This document shows, piece by piece, positions 1-11,815 of a DNA stretch of 64,000 bases; positions within the stretch are counted from its first letter, which is position 1; each line of letters opens with the position of its first letter. The position numbers were made by a program, and so were the translations under genes. The notes under the pieces are model-generated. The model worked only from the letters and a program-made list of their open reading frames with translations. It searched no databases and was not told the origin of the DNA. The DNA comes from Nemertoderma westbladi (Eukaryota; Animalia; Xenacoelomorpha): contig JAUCBJ010008176.1 in assembly GCA_032718475.1 (NCBI GenBank), positions 1 to 64,000 on the forward strand, in the 5' to 3' direction.

Positions 1-557
1 GTTTATATAAATAAAGCGCCACGTCCTAAAGGAACTGTTAATATTCCCTAAGGTGAATAATATTGTCAGAGATTATATAATACTGTCAGTCGAATAATAC
101 ATTAGGCTTACATAGCAATAAAATTAAACCGTCGAACCCAATCTCCCGGGAATATCCAGCGGGTGAATGATCGCGCACAGATTGGTTTCGACTAGTGTAG
201 TGAATCAAATACTTGTCATAGGCTAAAAAGCGATTTAATATCTAGAAGACATCTTAATTTGGCGGATTAAACTGCCAAAGGTCTGAAAGCGCGAACATTT
301 GGTTTATTATTTTGGTAAGGGTTAGTTGCTGGTCATGCTTCAACCATAATTAAAACTTTTATTTCTTTACTTTTATTCTGTTATTATAAATTATTTCTGT
401 CTTATAATCTGTACATACATATACTAATTCGTTTATTGCTTTGGTTAAATTCAGCCCTTCTGTAACCTGTGGTTTTGGTGAAAACCTTGGTATTCTTATA
501 TGGGGGTAACTGCAAAGTGAAATATAACGGCAGAAAGTCTGGTATTCTTCACGGGCC

Positions 558-732
558 ATTAAAACTGTATAATCATAACACTAAGTCATAATCAAAGAAA
601 TTTAGTGGAATTTCTGACATAATTGCCAGCTGTGCCCGAAGGGCGTTAATCTGTTAATGGCAATAATGTCAGAAATTCCGCTAAATTTCTTTGATTATGA
701 CTTTAGGGTTAGGGTTACATGACAGTTTTAAT
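558..732. mobile_element. Short hairpin MITE-like element
   Basis: ATTAAAACTGT...AAGTCATAATCAAAGAAATTTAGTGGAATTTCTGACATAATTGCCA is mirrored by TGGCAATAATGTCAGAAATTCCGCTAAATTTCTTTGATTATGACTT...ACAGTTTTAAT. Confidence 0.55.
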
Positions 733-1299
733 TAGGAGGCCGCCACTACTGTAACCAGCGAGTTTCATACAGTATAAAAACCAATGGCCATGAAAGGCAG
801 GCTTTTCTAACCAGACTGCCAGAGCAATAAATGATACATCATATGCAGTACAGCAGTACCGGTACTGTATCATTTATTATTATTTTTTTTATTAACAAAT
901 ATTATTAAGAAATGAAACAATAATTGAGGGAGACCACCAAAGGTAATGACACTAACATGGTGGAATTCACAAAAAAACATTCCAAATAAAAATACTAAAA
1001 GACAACTAGTTAAGACAATAATATACAGTATAGGGCCCACAATAAAAACATGCAATTTTAATTCGAGATTAAAAATAATTAATTAAAAATTTTAGGTTTT
1101 TACGATAGTTTTTACATTAAACTGTTAAATACGATACAAATTAATTTACAATACGCTTTTTATAAAAAAAAATAATAAAAATCATCGATGATAAAAAAAG
1201 AACGGATAAAATTAAAGTAAAAAAAGAACCATTTAGAATAGAATAGAATCATTTAGAATAAGGAAAGAAGCAGTAGGCCTACAGCAGTAGTTTGGCCGC

Positions 1300-2048
1300 G
1301 GTCCTAATAAAAACCGCAATTTACCGCAACTTACCGCAATTTACCGCAACTAAACGCAATTTACCGCAATTTACCGCAACTAGTTGTTATTTTCAAGCAG
1401 CTGCATGGTCCTAGTGGAGAAATTCCTGGGCTTCTAATTAGGAGAGGCCCATGTTCGATCCCTTGCTGCCTTGACCATGTAGCACTGTTTTCTGTTTGTG
1501 CAGTGTTTTAAAAACGGTCCTACGAATTTCCCCAAACCAAAATACTATTTTGGGATAGGCCTAATTCGTAGGACCCTCTAACAGTTTAATGTTAACATAT
1601 ATTGGTTGTATATTGCTCCAACTCCCTCTGTTTGCGTGGTGGCCGGCGTCCCTGGAGGGCGCTGGGCTTTGGGGATGGCGCGGGTCTGCGGGGGAATGAC
1701 CTCGCAGACCATTATTAATTCACGGTGCACCATTTTTAATTGTATGTTAAATTTTATTGTCTTAATTGTTTTGTTCTGATTGGTGGTGGGATGCTGGTGC
1801 AGTTTTATATTTAATTTTGGTTTTATGGAATAATAAATAAAACAAATAAATAATATATTGATCACATTACAGCATTAATTATAAATTTTGACGTTTTTAA
1901 AACACTGCAAAAACAGCGTTGCCTAGTCAAGGGATCGAACCAGGTCCTCCTACGTGGAAGCCTAAGGTTGTCACCACTAGCAGACTAGACCATGAGGCTG
2001 CTTGAAAATGACAATTAGTTGCGGTAAATTGCGGTTTTTAGTAGGACC
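1300..2048. mobile_element. Foldback/MITE-like element with long TIRs that contain tRNA-like sequence
   Basis: Ends GGTCCTAATAAAAACCGCAATTTACCGCAAC... and ...GTTGCGGTAAATTGCGGTTTTTAGTAGGACC; imperfect inverted arms of about 150-200 bp; internal mini-element GGTCCTACGAATT...AATTCGTAGGACC at about 1516-1575. Confidence 0.65.
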
Positions 2049-2137
2049 CGTACAGCAGTAGTCTGTACAGTAGGATGGCTAAGACGTCTGACCTTATCTG
2101 ATCTGATCTGATCTGATCTGACGGTATCTGACACATT

Positions 2138-2400
2138 GCGCACATTGGTGTAGTGGTTACATTGAATTCACATATCTCGGAGGTTGTGAGTTCAACCCCG
2201 GCGTGGGGGCCAAGGTAGTTTTCGTTTCGGCACGAATGTTTTGAAGGGTTTAGCGAGGCATCTCTGCCTTGCATCCTTAAATGGTAGCTAAATGAGTACT
2301 GGACTTTCTGCCTATGTCGACCAGCATGTGAAGTTTCCCCGGTCTTCCCCTTAAACCCGGGGGGGGGGGTCAATATAACACCTCCCGCTCTGAAACTAAC
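2138..2400 (+). mobile_element. tRNA-derived SINE-like element
   Basis: A-box TGGTGTAGTGG and B-box-like GAGTTCAACCCC at tRNA spacing without an intact cloverleaf; preceded by (ATCTG)n; 3' end approximate. Confidence 0.45.
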
Positions 2401-2504
2401 GATACTAACTAAAAGACGAACTGAAACGAACTAAAAGGAATTCAAATAAAATAAGCTAGAAATCTTAAATTTGTTTTTAGCGGCTGGTGCCAAATTTTGG
2501 TGCC

Positions 2505-2830
2505 GGCCCATGTGAAGAATACGGCCCATGTGAAGAATACCAGGATTTCACTTTTCGGTCGACTTTTACTGGAATTTTATATAAGATTTTAATTCTTTTT
2601 TAATTTATCTTTATTGAGTGTATTATAGAGCTTATTTATGTCTTATAACCTGTAAATATCGTGTATTCGTTTATTGTTTTGGTTATATTCAGCCGTTCTG
2701 TAACCTGTGTTTTTGGTGAAAACCTGGTATTCTTCACATGGGGGTAACTGCAAAGTGAAATATAACGGCTTAAAGTTTGGTATTCTTCGCCCATGTAAAG
2801 AATACTAGGATTTCACTTTTCGGTCGATTT
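2505..2830. mobile_element. Dispersed MITE-like repeat (GGCCCATGTGAAGAATAC termini)
   Basis: 2600-2790 is homologous to about 355-560; terminal motif CCCATGTGAAGAATAC recurs directly and inverted; related fragment at about 50745-50785. Confidence 0.5.
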
Positions 2831-3142
2831 TTTATTGGTCCATATTATTAGGGTTCAACAGAAGGCACTTTATGGGGCCGAACCGAACCGAAGCAGTGCC
2901 AACTTCGGGCCAAACCGAACCGAAACCGAACCGAAGTTCAGAAAGTTAGCAAGTTATTGTCATAAATTCGTATTTACGTCACTATACTGGCTGACTGGCA
3001 GTGGCAGACTGGTACCTACAGTATTTTGGTCTGCGGACTTAGCGAGAAAGCTATGATTAATTAAAAAAATAAGTACTACAAAATAAAATAGCAATATTTA
3101 CATTACATACTGTACATTACTAACCTAAACTACTGTCTGATT

Positions 3143-4790
3143 GTGGGGCGAGCCACGAAGTTGGCGGAGCCTTAGCGAATTGACACTAAGTTGGCGGAGC
3201 CTTAGCGAATTGACACTGTTAGGGGGTGGGTCAATTTATGCAAATAGTTGTCGTCGTCGTCGTTGTCGTCGTCGTCGTCGTCGTTGTCGTCGTCGTCGTC
3301 GTCGTCGTTACGATTTTGACATGCTAATAACTTTGTCGGATTTAAAGCTGCCAAGTTGAAAATTTGTAGGTATCAATATGAGCAAAAGTTGAGATTTTTG
3401 AGAGACTTTCAGACACCATCAGTGCAATGGTCTCCCGCTAGAGGGCCACATGTCTAAACATTAAATGCCCTCCCATTTCTTTGCTTTTAATCCGTTTAAG
3501 CTGAAACTTGGCAGATATGTATTAGACCATTAGCTGTGACTTTCAAAGGAGGCGAATCCATCTGCAGTTCTCCAGTCTGCCGCTAGAGGGCCAAAGGTCT
3601 GAAAGTGAAATCGTTGTCGTCGTTACGATTTTGACATGCTAATAACTTTGTCGGATTTAAAGCTGCCAAGTTGAAAATTTGTAGGTATCAATATGAGCTA
3701 AAGTTGAGATTTTTGAGAGACTTTCAGACACCATCAGTGCAATGGTCTCCCGCTAGAGGGCCACATGTCTAAACATTAAATGCCCTCCCATTTCTTTGCT
3801 TTTAATCCGTTTAAGCTGAAACTTGGCAGATATGTATTAGACCATTAGCTGTGACTTTCAAAGGAGGCGAATCCATCTGCAGTTCTCCAGTCTGCCGCTA
3901 GAGGGCCAAAGGTCTGAAAGTGAAATCGTTGTCGTCGTTACGATTTTGACATGCTAATAACTTTGTCGGATTTAAAGCTGCCAAGTTGAAAATTTGTAGG
4001 TATAAATATGAGCTAAAGTTGAGATTTTTGAGAGACTTTCAGACACCATCAGTGCAATGGTCTCCCGCTAGAGGGCCACATGTCTAAACATTAAATGCCC
4101 TCCCATTTCTTTGCTTTTAATCCGTTTAAGCTGAAACTTGGCAGATATGTATTAGACCATTAGCTGTGACTTTCAAAGGAGGCGAATCCATCTGCAGTTC
4201 TCCAGTCTGCCGCTAGAGGGCCAAATGTCTGAAAGTGAAATCGTTGTCGTCGTTATGATATTGACATGCTTATAACTTTGTCGAATTTAAAGCTGCCAAG
4301 TTGAAAATTTGTTTTGTTGAAAATCAGTTCAACAGTCACCCGCTATAGGACTACTTTATGCCTGAAAGTGAATAGATTCTCCCGTCTCATTGATTTTAAT
4401 CAGTTTAAGCTGAATCTTGCCATATATTCTGGACCACATGCTGCGTCTTTGTGGGAGGGGGGGGGGGAGATTTAATCGGTCTGCCGCTATACGACGAAAT
4501 TTCTGAAAGTGAGATCCGTCTCTCATTTCGTTATCCGTTATTCAAGATGAAACTTGGCCGATGTACGTATGTACTATTCATCCATAGGCTGTGTCTTTGT
4601 GGGGCTGGAGACCCTAATCCATCTTCAGTTCTCACTATACCGCTAGAGTCAGAAATGTCTGAATTGAAATGAAAGAGGTAAAAAGTGATTAGGCGAAATC
4701 TGCTTAAAATTTGCTAATACAGTAATACTTTCGAATTAGTACTTAAATTAAATTTAAGTCACGTGCTGCGCGAAGGCCCCACTTCGTGTA
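3143..4790 (+). mobile_element. DINE-1/HINE-like non-autonomous rolling-circle element with internal 315-bp tandem repeats
   Basis: 5' GTGGGGCGAGCCACGAAG, (CGT)n microsatellite at 3250-3308, near-identical 315-bp units starting 3306, 3621, 3936 and 4251 (partial), 3' CACGTGCTGCGCGAAGGCCCCAC; same termini elsewhere in the window. Confidence 0.6.
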
Positions 4791-4918
4791 TACTTACTGT
4801 ATGCACCACATTTTCACCCGTAGCAAGCTGTACAGTAGTGACATCAAATTTAGAAAACCTCACTAAAATTACAGGTACATAGTCTTTGTAATACTATTTA
4901 TATGAGGTAGTAGGTGTA

Positions 4919-7134
4919 CAGTCCCGCTCTCAAAAAGCATTCCTTTGATCAAACATTGATCAAACTTTGATCAAACATTGATCAAAGTTTGATCAAATAT
5001 TGAAATGAACCAGGCTTATAAATCCTGCCATTGAGTTCTACCAAAGGCGCTGCACTTCAAAGTCTAGATTCCCACTGAGCCGTGTGTCAATCAAGCAGCC
5101 CTCTCTCTCTCTCTCGCTCTCCCTGTGTGTGTAATGCTCCATGTTCTCTGTAGGATGTCTGCAGAGCACACAGGACACGTTCGTGGGGACTTCGCGCAGC
5201 ACGTAGTCGGCAAGCCTTGGCATACGGTTCATATAGAGCAAATGGGGCATGTCTAGTTTGGACCCCATATCCCATGCTATAAATGTATTCATTCGATATA
5301 CAATCATATGTTAATCCGCTAGGTGGTGTCAAATTGTTATTCTGCAATTTCGTACTTACCAGTGCAGCACTGTACAGCAGTACCGTACCGGTAGGCCTAT
5401 GTCATTACTTCTGAGACTCTAGCGGATCCCCAATTAAATGTCTTAACTTTTCAATTTCGTAAAAGATAGACTTCATGATTCTCTACAGGCCACCAAAATT
5501 TCAGCTCAGGAAAATGAGGCCTTCCCGAGAAATTTAACATTTTCTAAAAACCACATAATCTGTCGTAGCTGACGTCAGACTGCATGATTTTTCACCAAAC
5601 TTTACAAACTTTCTAAACTTTCTCTCTACTACTTACTTACTAAGTTTGGTTCAATTCCGAACGAGCGATGCCGAGAAATTCGCGTTCAAACATTTACCAG
5701 ACAGACGGACAGACAGACAGACGGACAGACGGACATGCCCCATTTACCCTATATGAACCGTATGCAAAGGCTCGCCGACTACGTGTCTCGCCCCACACCA
5801 CGTCCATATCATACCATAGGTTTGTACGCTATAGCCGTTATTTAAACCGGACCACCTAGGTTATAATAATTTACAGTGATTATCAGAAAATACCAGCCGC
5901 AATTGAATCTCCACTTGGCGGTGTGGTGGTAATGAAAGCAAGGGCGGGTAGGGGCTGTGTGGAGTTTAATTCTGAGTTACGCAATGTGTTGGGTGGATGG
6001 CTACAATACATTATAATGGGGGGCGGGGGGGGGGGCAACTAGCGTACCGAGCGAGGGGGAGGCCATACTGAAAAACCCTTTCCAGTTGAAATGAGAAAAA
6101 AAATAATATATATATTAAAGATCCACATTCCAAATTTTCTGAAACAAAACCATTTTTCTAAACAGAAAGCTTCGCATTGTAACCTGGCTGGCCAAGGGCT
6201 AGATCCTGGGGGGATGGTTAAAACCCTCCATTAATTAAAAATGAATGAGCATAATTTAATAAGTATTACTAACCCAATTTGATTTGTAATATTTAAACAA
6301 TTATAATTACAATACGTTAAACTGAGATAAAAAAATACGTAACTAATGATGTACATACCATAGTTTACTTTAAAACAAATTAGGTTTTCAATAAAATTAC
6401 CTTATCAGAGTATTAAAATTTAATTACGTAAATTTTTAGAAGGTATTTTAGGGGGTGCGCTGGCGCTAGTGCTTGGATTTATTTATTTCTTTATTTACAT
6501 TTATTAGTATAATTAGAGACAGGGGCAGGAAGGAAGCTTGTCGAATTTACACAATTACTGTATAAGCAAATGCAATGCAACGGCAGCCATCGCGCTGCTA
6601 CGTCAATGGAGGTCTTTGACCTTGATTCTGATTTAAGGAACATTGAAACTAATTTCTAATATAACAATAATTTAAAAATATTCCAAAGGCTGTTTTTCTG
6701 AACTAGTTGTTGGTGTAATAATAGGCCCTGCCCCAAAAGAACAAGACTCAGTCTGGGACACTACCACAACACTGCCATGTAAATCCAATCGCGGTCCATC
6801 CACAAAGTCAAGCAAGCTCCATCCACTGCCCTGTCAATCACATAGCGACTTGGCCATTAACAAAAGCCAGTCCTCGGCGGGAATCTGAGTTCAAAGGCAT
6901 GCCGCAGAACAGCGATGTAAACTGTTACCTTGAAATCATTTCAATGTCATTTCAATATGAGACAGAAAGTCTGGAATTTCGGTCCATCGATTTCAAGGTC
7001 ATTTCAATATGCCATCAATGTCATTTCAATGTCAATGCTACTTTCAATGATATTCTATGGACACATTTTGATCAAACTTTGATAAATGTTTGATCAAAGT
7101 TTGATCAAAGGAATGCTTTTTGAGAGCGGGACTG
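4919..7134. mobile_element. Non-autonomous TIR transposon with TA target duplication (Tc1/mariner-type)
   Basis: TIR CAGTCCCGCTCTCAAAAAGCATTCCTTTGATCAAAC at both ends; TA at 4917-4918 and 7135-7136; paralogous empty site GTAGGTGTATTTTGTATTATG at about 8931-8951. Confidence 0.8.
5175..5797 (-). mobile_element. DINE-1/HINE-like element nested in the TA transposon
   Basis: About 50-bp subterminal inverted repeats (5202-5252 vs 5732-5784); (GACA/GACG)n microsatellite at 5700-5733 (GTCY on the - strand); family termini GTGGGGCGAG and CGTGCTGCGCGAAG. Confidence 0.6.
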
Positions 7135-7149
7135 TATTTGGTATTATGC

Positions 7150-8823
7150 TTCACACTACAGCTGAGCAACAGGTATGAGGTTCTTGCCTCTGAGGCGGCA
7201 GATCACTGTGAGGGCTATACTGCCTTCACATAGGCAGTTAAGTTAGCAGCTGCCTCAACAGTTCCTGTATACCCTCGAAACAGGAAACGGGCCCCCTGGA
7301 CTGACAACAAAATTCATAAGTGCCGAAATGACATCTACAAGGCGCAGAAAGAGTCCCGACTCAAACAGACTACAGCGACCAAGAATGCAGTTAAGGCTGC
7401 ATCTAGGTCCCTGAACAGGCAGTACTCTGTTAATCTACAGGAGCTAATAAACCAACAGGTTGACGCCATCAATGGTTCTGACAACAGCAGGCAATCATCC
7501 CAGGCATGGAGATCAATCAACTTGCTTAGTGGTCGAAAAAGCCAACCAACCACCAAGGTTAAGGCTGAATCACCAGCCGATCGCCTCAATGGTTGGAAGG
7601 CCCACTTTGAAAAGCTCCTCAATAATGACAGGGTATTGCCTGATAACTTTATAGAAGTAAACGTGTCTGAGTCTGTACTCCCAGATATTCCCATTGGTGA
7701 TATCTCCTTTGCAGAAGTGAAGGCTGCTGCAAAGAGCATTAAGACCAATCGTGCCAGTGGAGTAGATGGTGTTCCCCCTGAGGTCTTTAAAATACCTGAG
7801 TGTTTAAAGCTCATCTATCCCATCATAGTAGACATGTACCGAACAACAAGAGTCCTACAAGAAATGAAAACAAATAAGTTGGTGCCAGTTCCCAAGAAGG
7901 GCAACCTAACACTCATGGTTCTTTTCGGGGAATCTCATTGATCTCGATTGCTACAAAGCTATACAATCTTCATGTTCTACGCATGTCCTTAGATCGTCAT
8001 AATTATGATGTGGTGATGATAACTCCACCTACTGGCTCCAGAAGTCGAGGAAATCCTGCCAAGTACCTAACTGATCTAAACTTTGCTGATGACTTAGGAG
8101 TACTCTCAGAATCACTAGAGGGAGCCCAACGGCTCCTCAGCTCATTAGAACATGCTGCTTCTAGTATTGGTCTTTTTATTAACTCCAGAAAGACCAAAAT
8201 TTTGACAGTTAACTTTGAAAGTCCTCAGCAAGTCTCTGATCGGATGAGCATAAGCTCAAAAGATGCTATGCTTGAGCATGTGGATGACTTCTGTTACCTG
8301 GGATCATGGGTCCGGAAGTCAGGTGAGGACCTTCGAATACGTAAGGGAAAGGCATGGGCAGCCTTGAATAGGCTTTCCAGGATTTGGAAGTCACCGAGAA
8401 TTAATCGGAAACTTAAGGTCCGATTATTTAGAGCAGCAGTAGTTCCAGTAGTACACCAAATCTCTGGATGGCACATTCACAAGAATGCTACGCCGGGTTC
8501 ATTGTGTCAAGTACAATGCACACATCTCCAACCAGACACTATATAACATTGGAGATGTCTCATTGGTTCCCCCAAGCTTGACACTAGAACAAAATCGCCT
8601 CCGCTTTGCAGGACATTGCTTTCGCCGTGAGGACCAGCCAGTGAATAATCTTGTACTTTGGCAGCCTCATGGAGTGAATAAGCATGGTGGACAGCCCATG
8701 ACTTTCTTGAGACGCATCTTAAAGGACACTGGCCTTGAAGATGCGGATTATCTAGCAAATGCCATGGGTGATAGGGAGTTGTGGCGGTGCAATTTTTTCG
8801 ATAAGCCGGCACAGCATTCTTAA
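7150..8823 (+). mobile_element. Degenerate RTE-clade non-LTR retrotransposon (reverse transcriptase, frameshifted and internally deleted)
   Basis: ORFs 7522-7941, 7938-8546 and 8485-8823 carry RASGVDGVPPE, LVPVPKKGNL, LTDLNFADDL, DFCYLGSW and RLRFAGHCFRR motifs. Confidence 0.85.
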
Positions 8824-10176
8824 AAATGCAGCTGCAATGCAGCATGCCGATCCTAGTAGTAACATCAAATTTAGAAAACCTCACTAAAAGTACAGGTATA
8901 TAGTCTTTGTAATACTATTTATATGAGGTAGTAGGTGTATTTTGTATTATGTGTCAAAGTTATGATTAATTAAAAAATAGGTACTACTGTACAAAGTAAA
9001 ATGGCAATATTTAGCCTAACCTAAACTACTGTATAGTGGGGTCGCTTAAGGTGAAAATCGTTAATTACCGGACAAAAGCATGAAAATGTCACTTTATATG
9101 TAAAAAAATGTGTAGATTAATCTGAGCCTGTGTACCAAAAAATTGACAACTTCCCTAGCAAAAGGGTGACTATTTTATAGCAACCGGGTAAAATTGGTCG
9201 TTTCTGTTATTTCTATTGACCAGTCAGTCGGACGGTTAGTAAGAAGGTGGGTGTAAACAAGCTGCCGCGGTAACATATTCTCCTTTCCCTCAATTGGTAG
9301 GTAACAAAATCGTTTATTGTTTTGGTTAGAAAACCCTGTCTGGGTAACCTGCTCCTTTCCCTCCATCTGTAGGTAAAACGTCGTTTATTGTTTTGGTTAG
9401 AAATTACAGCCGCTGTAACCTGCTCTTTTCCTTCAATTGGAAGGTAACAACAGCGTTTATTAATTCCCACATTCCCATCCACCTTCCCATATTCCTTCAT
9501 CGTCTGAGTATAAACTCCACTGTATCAGCTGACAATATGGGGCATGTTAAGTGTTTCGTCATATACACACTACACAGTAGGCCTAGAGAGATACCCCTTC
9601 CTGCCTTCCCTTTAGCTGTTTTAGCGTAACAAACAAACAATAAATATTTGAAATGTAATGAGTATGTAAATGTAATAAGTATCATTACTTAATTAATAAT
9701 ATTAATTATAATTAATATAATTAACTTTAACTATTAATAATGATAACTATTAACAAGAAAGATTTACGAAAATATTGCAGCAAAGGCTGTATTGTTTTTA
9801 ATAAATGTTTAATGTTTCAACACCAACTAAATCTACGAAAGTTGTTTACATCTGAAACTATCAATCTTTGCTGGGACAATCACACAACCTTCATACCCGG
9901 AATCCTTCATCCTATATCGCATTTTTAATAGGTGTCATATATAATAATAAATAGGTATAATAATAATATGCCTTTGTGCGTTAGATGCATACCGGTATGC
10001 CTGTACTGCTACGTCATATGATGATACTGATACATAAACAGGCAACCTGAAACGTGATCCCCTATTCAGCTATTGGCTATTTACCTAACAGACAGTTATG
10101 TAAATATTATATCTCTTTCTCCTGATTGGTTATAGGATCAGATGCTGTCAGATCAGATAAGGACAGACGTTTTATT

Positions 10177-11224
10177 CACGAGGCGTTAAAGTCTATACAA
10201 ATCAATCCAGGTTTCAGCCAATCACAAAGGAGATGACGTAGGCCTAACCGAATGTGGATTGATTTGTATGGGCTTTAATGACCACCCACGTTCTGTTAGA
10301 ATCTATACATTTCAATTTTTTTACTTATAATTTAAATTATAAGTTCAAGTCAACTGTATAGGCTATATGAAAGGATATGAAAAATCTTTGCTAGACACTC
10401 TCATACTTGTTCTACATTATTATAATTATAGGTACATATGTTATGCTTATAGTAAATTAACAGGTTAATCATACAGTAGCAAACCATTATCTGAAAGCCG
10501 CAGAACATTTAATCATACGTACAGTATAAAATGTACAGTCAGATACAGTTAGTTAATGCGTAATCATGATCGCGGCCCGGTCCAATTACAACCGGCTGCA
10601 ATCGATTGAGATTTGCAGACATACTATTTTGTTCCATGTTATTCGGTCTTAGGTATTTCTTCTTTTTTCTAATTTGTTTTTTTCGCGTTGTGTACAATTG
10701 CCGTCGGATTGAGGAAATTCGGCGGTTCTGGGTGATAATTCGTTTATTATTAGGCGACTTTGTGAGTAGTGGTAATCGATGTGTTAAGGATTTTATAATG
10801 TTGTCAATGGCATTGTGAGCCATTAATTTATTGCTGTGCGTAATTTGCGGGTTGTGCAATAAAGCATTCAGTTTGTTCAGACGAGGCAGGGGGTACCCTA
10901 CCTCCTTAGACGTAGACATATGGCGGAGGTAGCCTCCCAGAACGGGTAGGGATTCCAGAATCTTCTTAGACCATCTTCCATCTAAGACCAGAAATTTAAG
11001 ACCGTTCTAAGACCATCTAACTTACTTTAGTACTATTATGGGAAATAGTAGTGGGAAAGCAGTATTTAAATGAAAATAATTGAAATGTATAGATTCTAAC
11101 AGAACGTGGGTGGTCATTAAAGTCAATACAAATCAATCCACATTCATTTGTAATAGGCCCTACGTCATCTCCTTTGTGATTGGCTGAAACCTGGATTGAT
11201 TTGTATAGACTTTAACGCATTGTG
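10177..11224. mobile_element. Non-autonomous DNA transposon with about 140-bp TIRs and CAC...GTG ends (CMC/EnSpm-like, tentative)
   Basis: 10183-10315 is the reverse complement of 11078-11218; ends CACGAGGCGTTAAAG and CTTTAACGCATTGTG, flanked by TT on both sides. Confidence 0.7.
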
Positions 11225-11815
11225 TTTTATTCTACCTCAGTAGTCTGACAGTGTATTTGGAGTGTATTGCAATTAGGTCTGTAGGTACCGAGTTCAATCA
11301 CTCTTTCCGGTTAATTTTGTTGTTGTAAGAAATGGGGGACCAAATCCGCTAGCAGATTTGGTCCTAGGGAGACAAAATCTGCTAGCCGAATTAGTCCGGG
11401 GGGACTAATAAATCCGCTGCGCCATTCTTCTGGTACTGAATCCGCTGTTACACCGGTACAATGCACATGTATCTATGTTATTTAAGTTAATTTTATATAA
11501 TGATTTGGTTATACTAGGCCTACTGTCTGACTGTCCTTTACGGTGTTGATTGGCTGATTGGTGTTACAAGAAAATAAGTTTCTTTTTGTTTGGTCTCTCA
11601 AATTCAAGCGGGTCCTGGGGTCCCAGTCCCATTCGTCTAGAATGATATATTTTTCTGGGAGTTCATCAGTTATTTTATGTTCCATAGAGTCATTATGTTC
11701 CATAGTAAAGTACCTAGTACTGTAGTGTAGTCTGTAGTAGGCTACACAGTCAGGCAGTAGGTGTCACCGTCACGTCAGCACGTGACTTGCAGTACTACCT
11801 AACTGCAGAACTGCG

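Noticed and set aside
703-717. TTAGGGTTAGGGTTA telomere-like motif
   Set aside because: Only 2.5 units within a MITE arm; not an interstitial telomere.
9497-9530. Possible minus-strand terminal mini-exon (CAG|CTGATACAGTGGAG...TGA)
   Set aside because: Too short, with no partner exons or homology.
10539-10919. 126-aa minus-strand ORF
   Set aside because: Lies inside a non-autonomous TIR element and has no recognisable domain.
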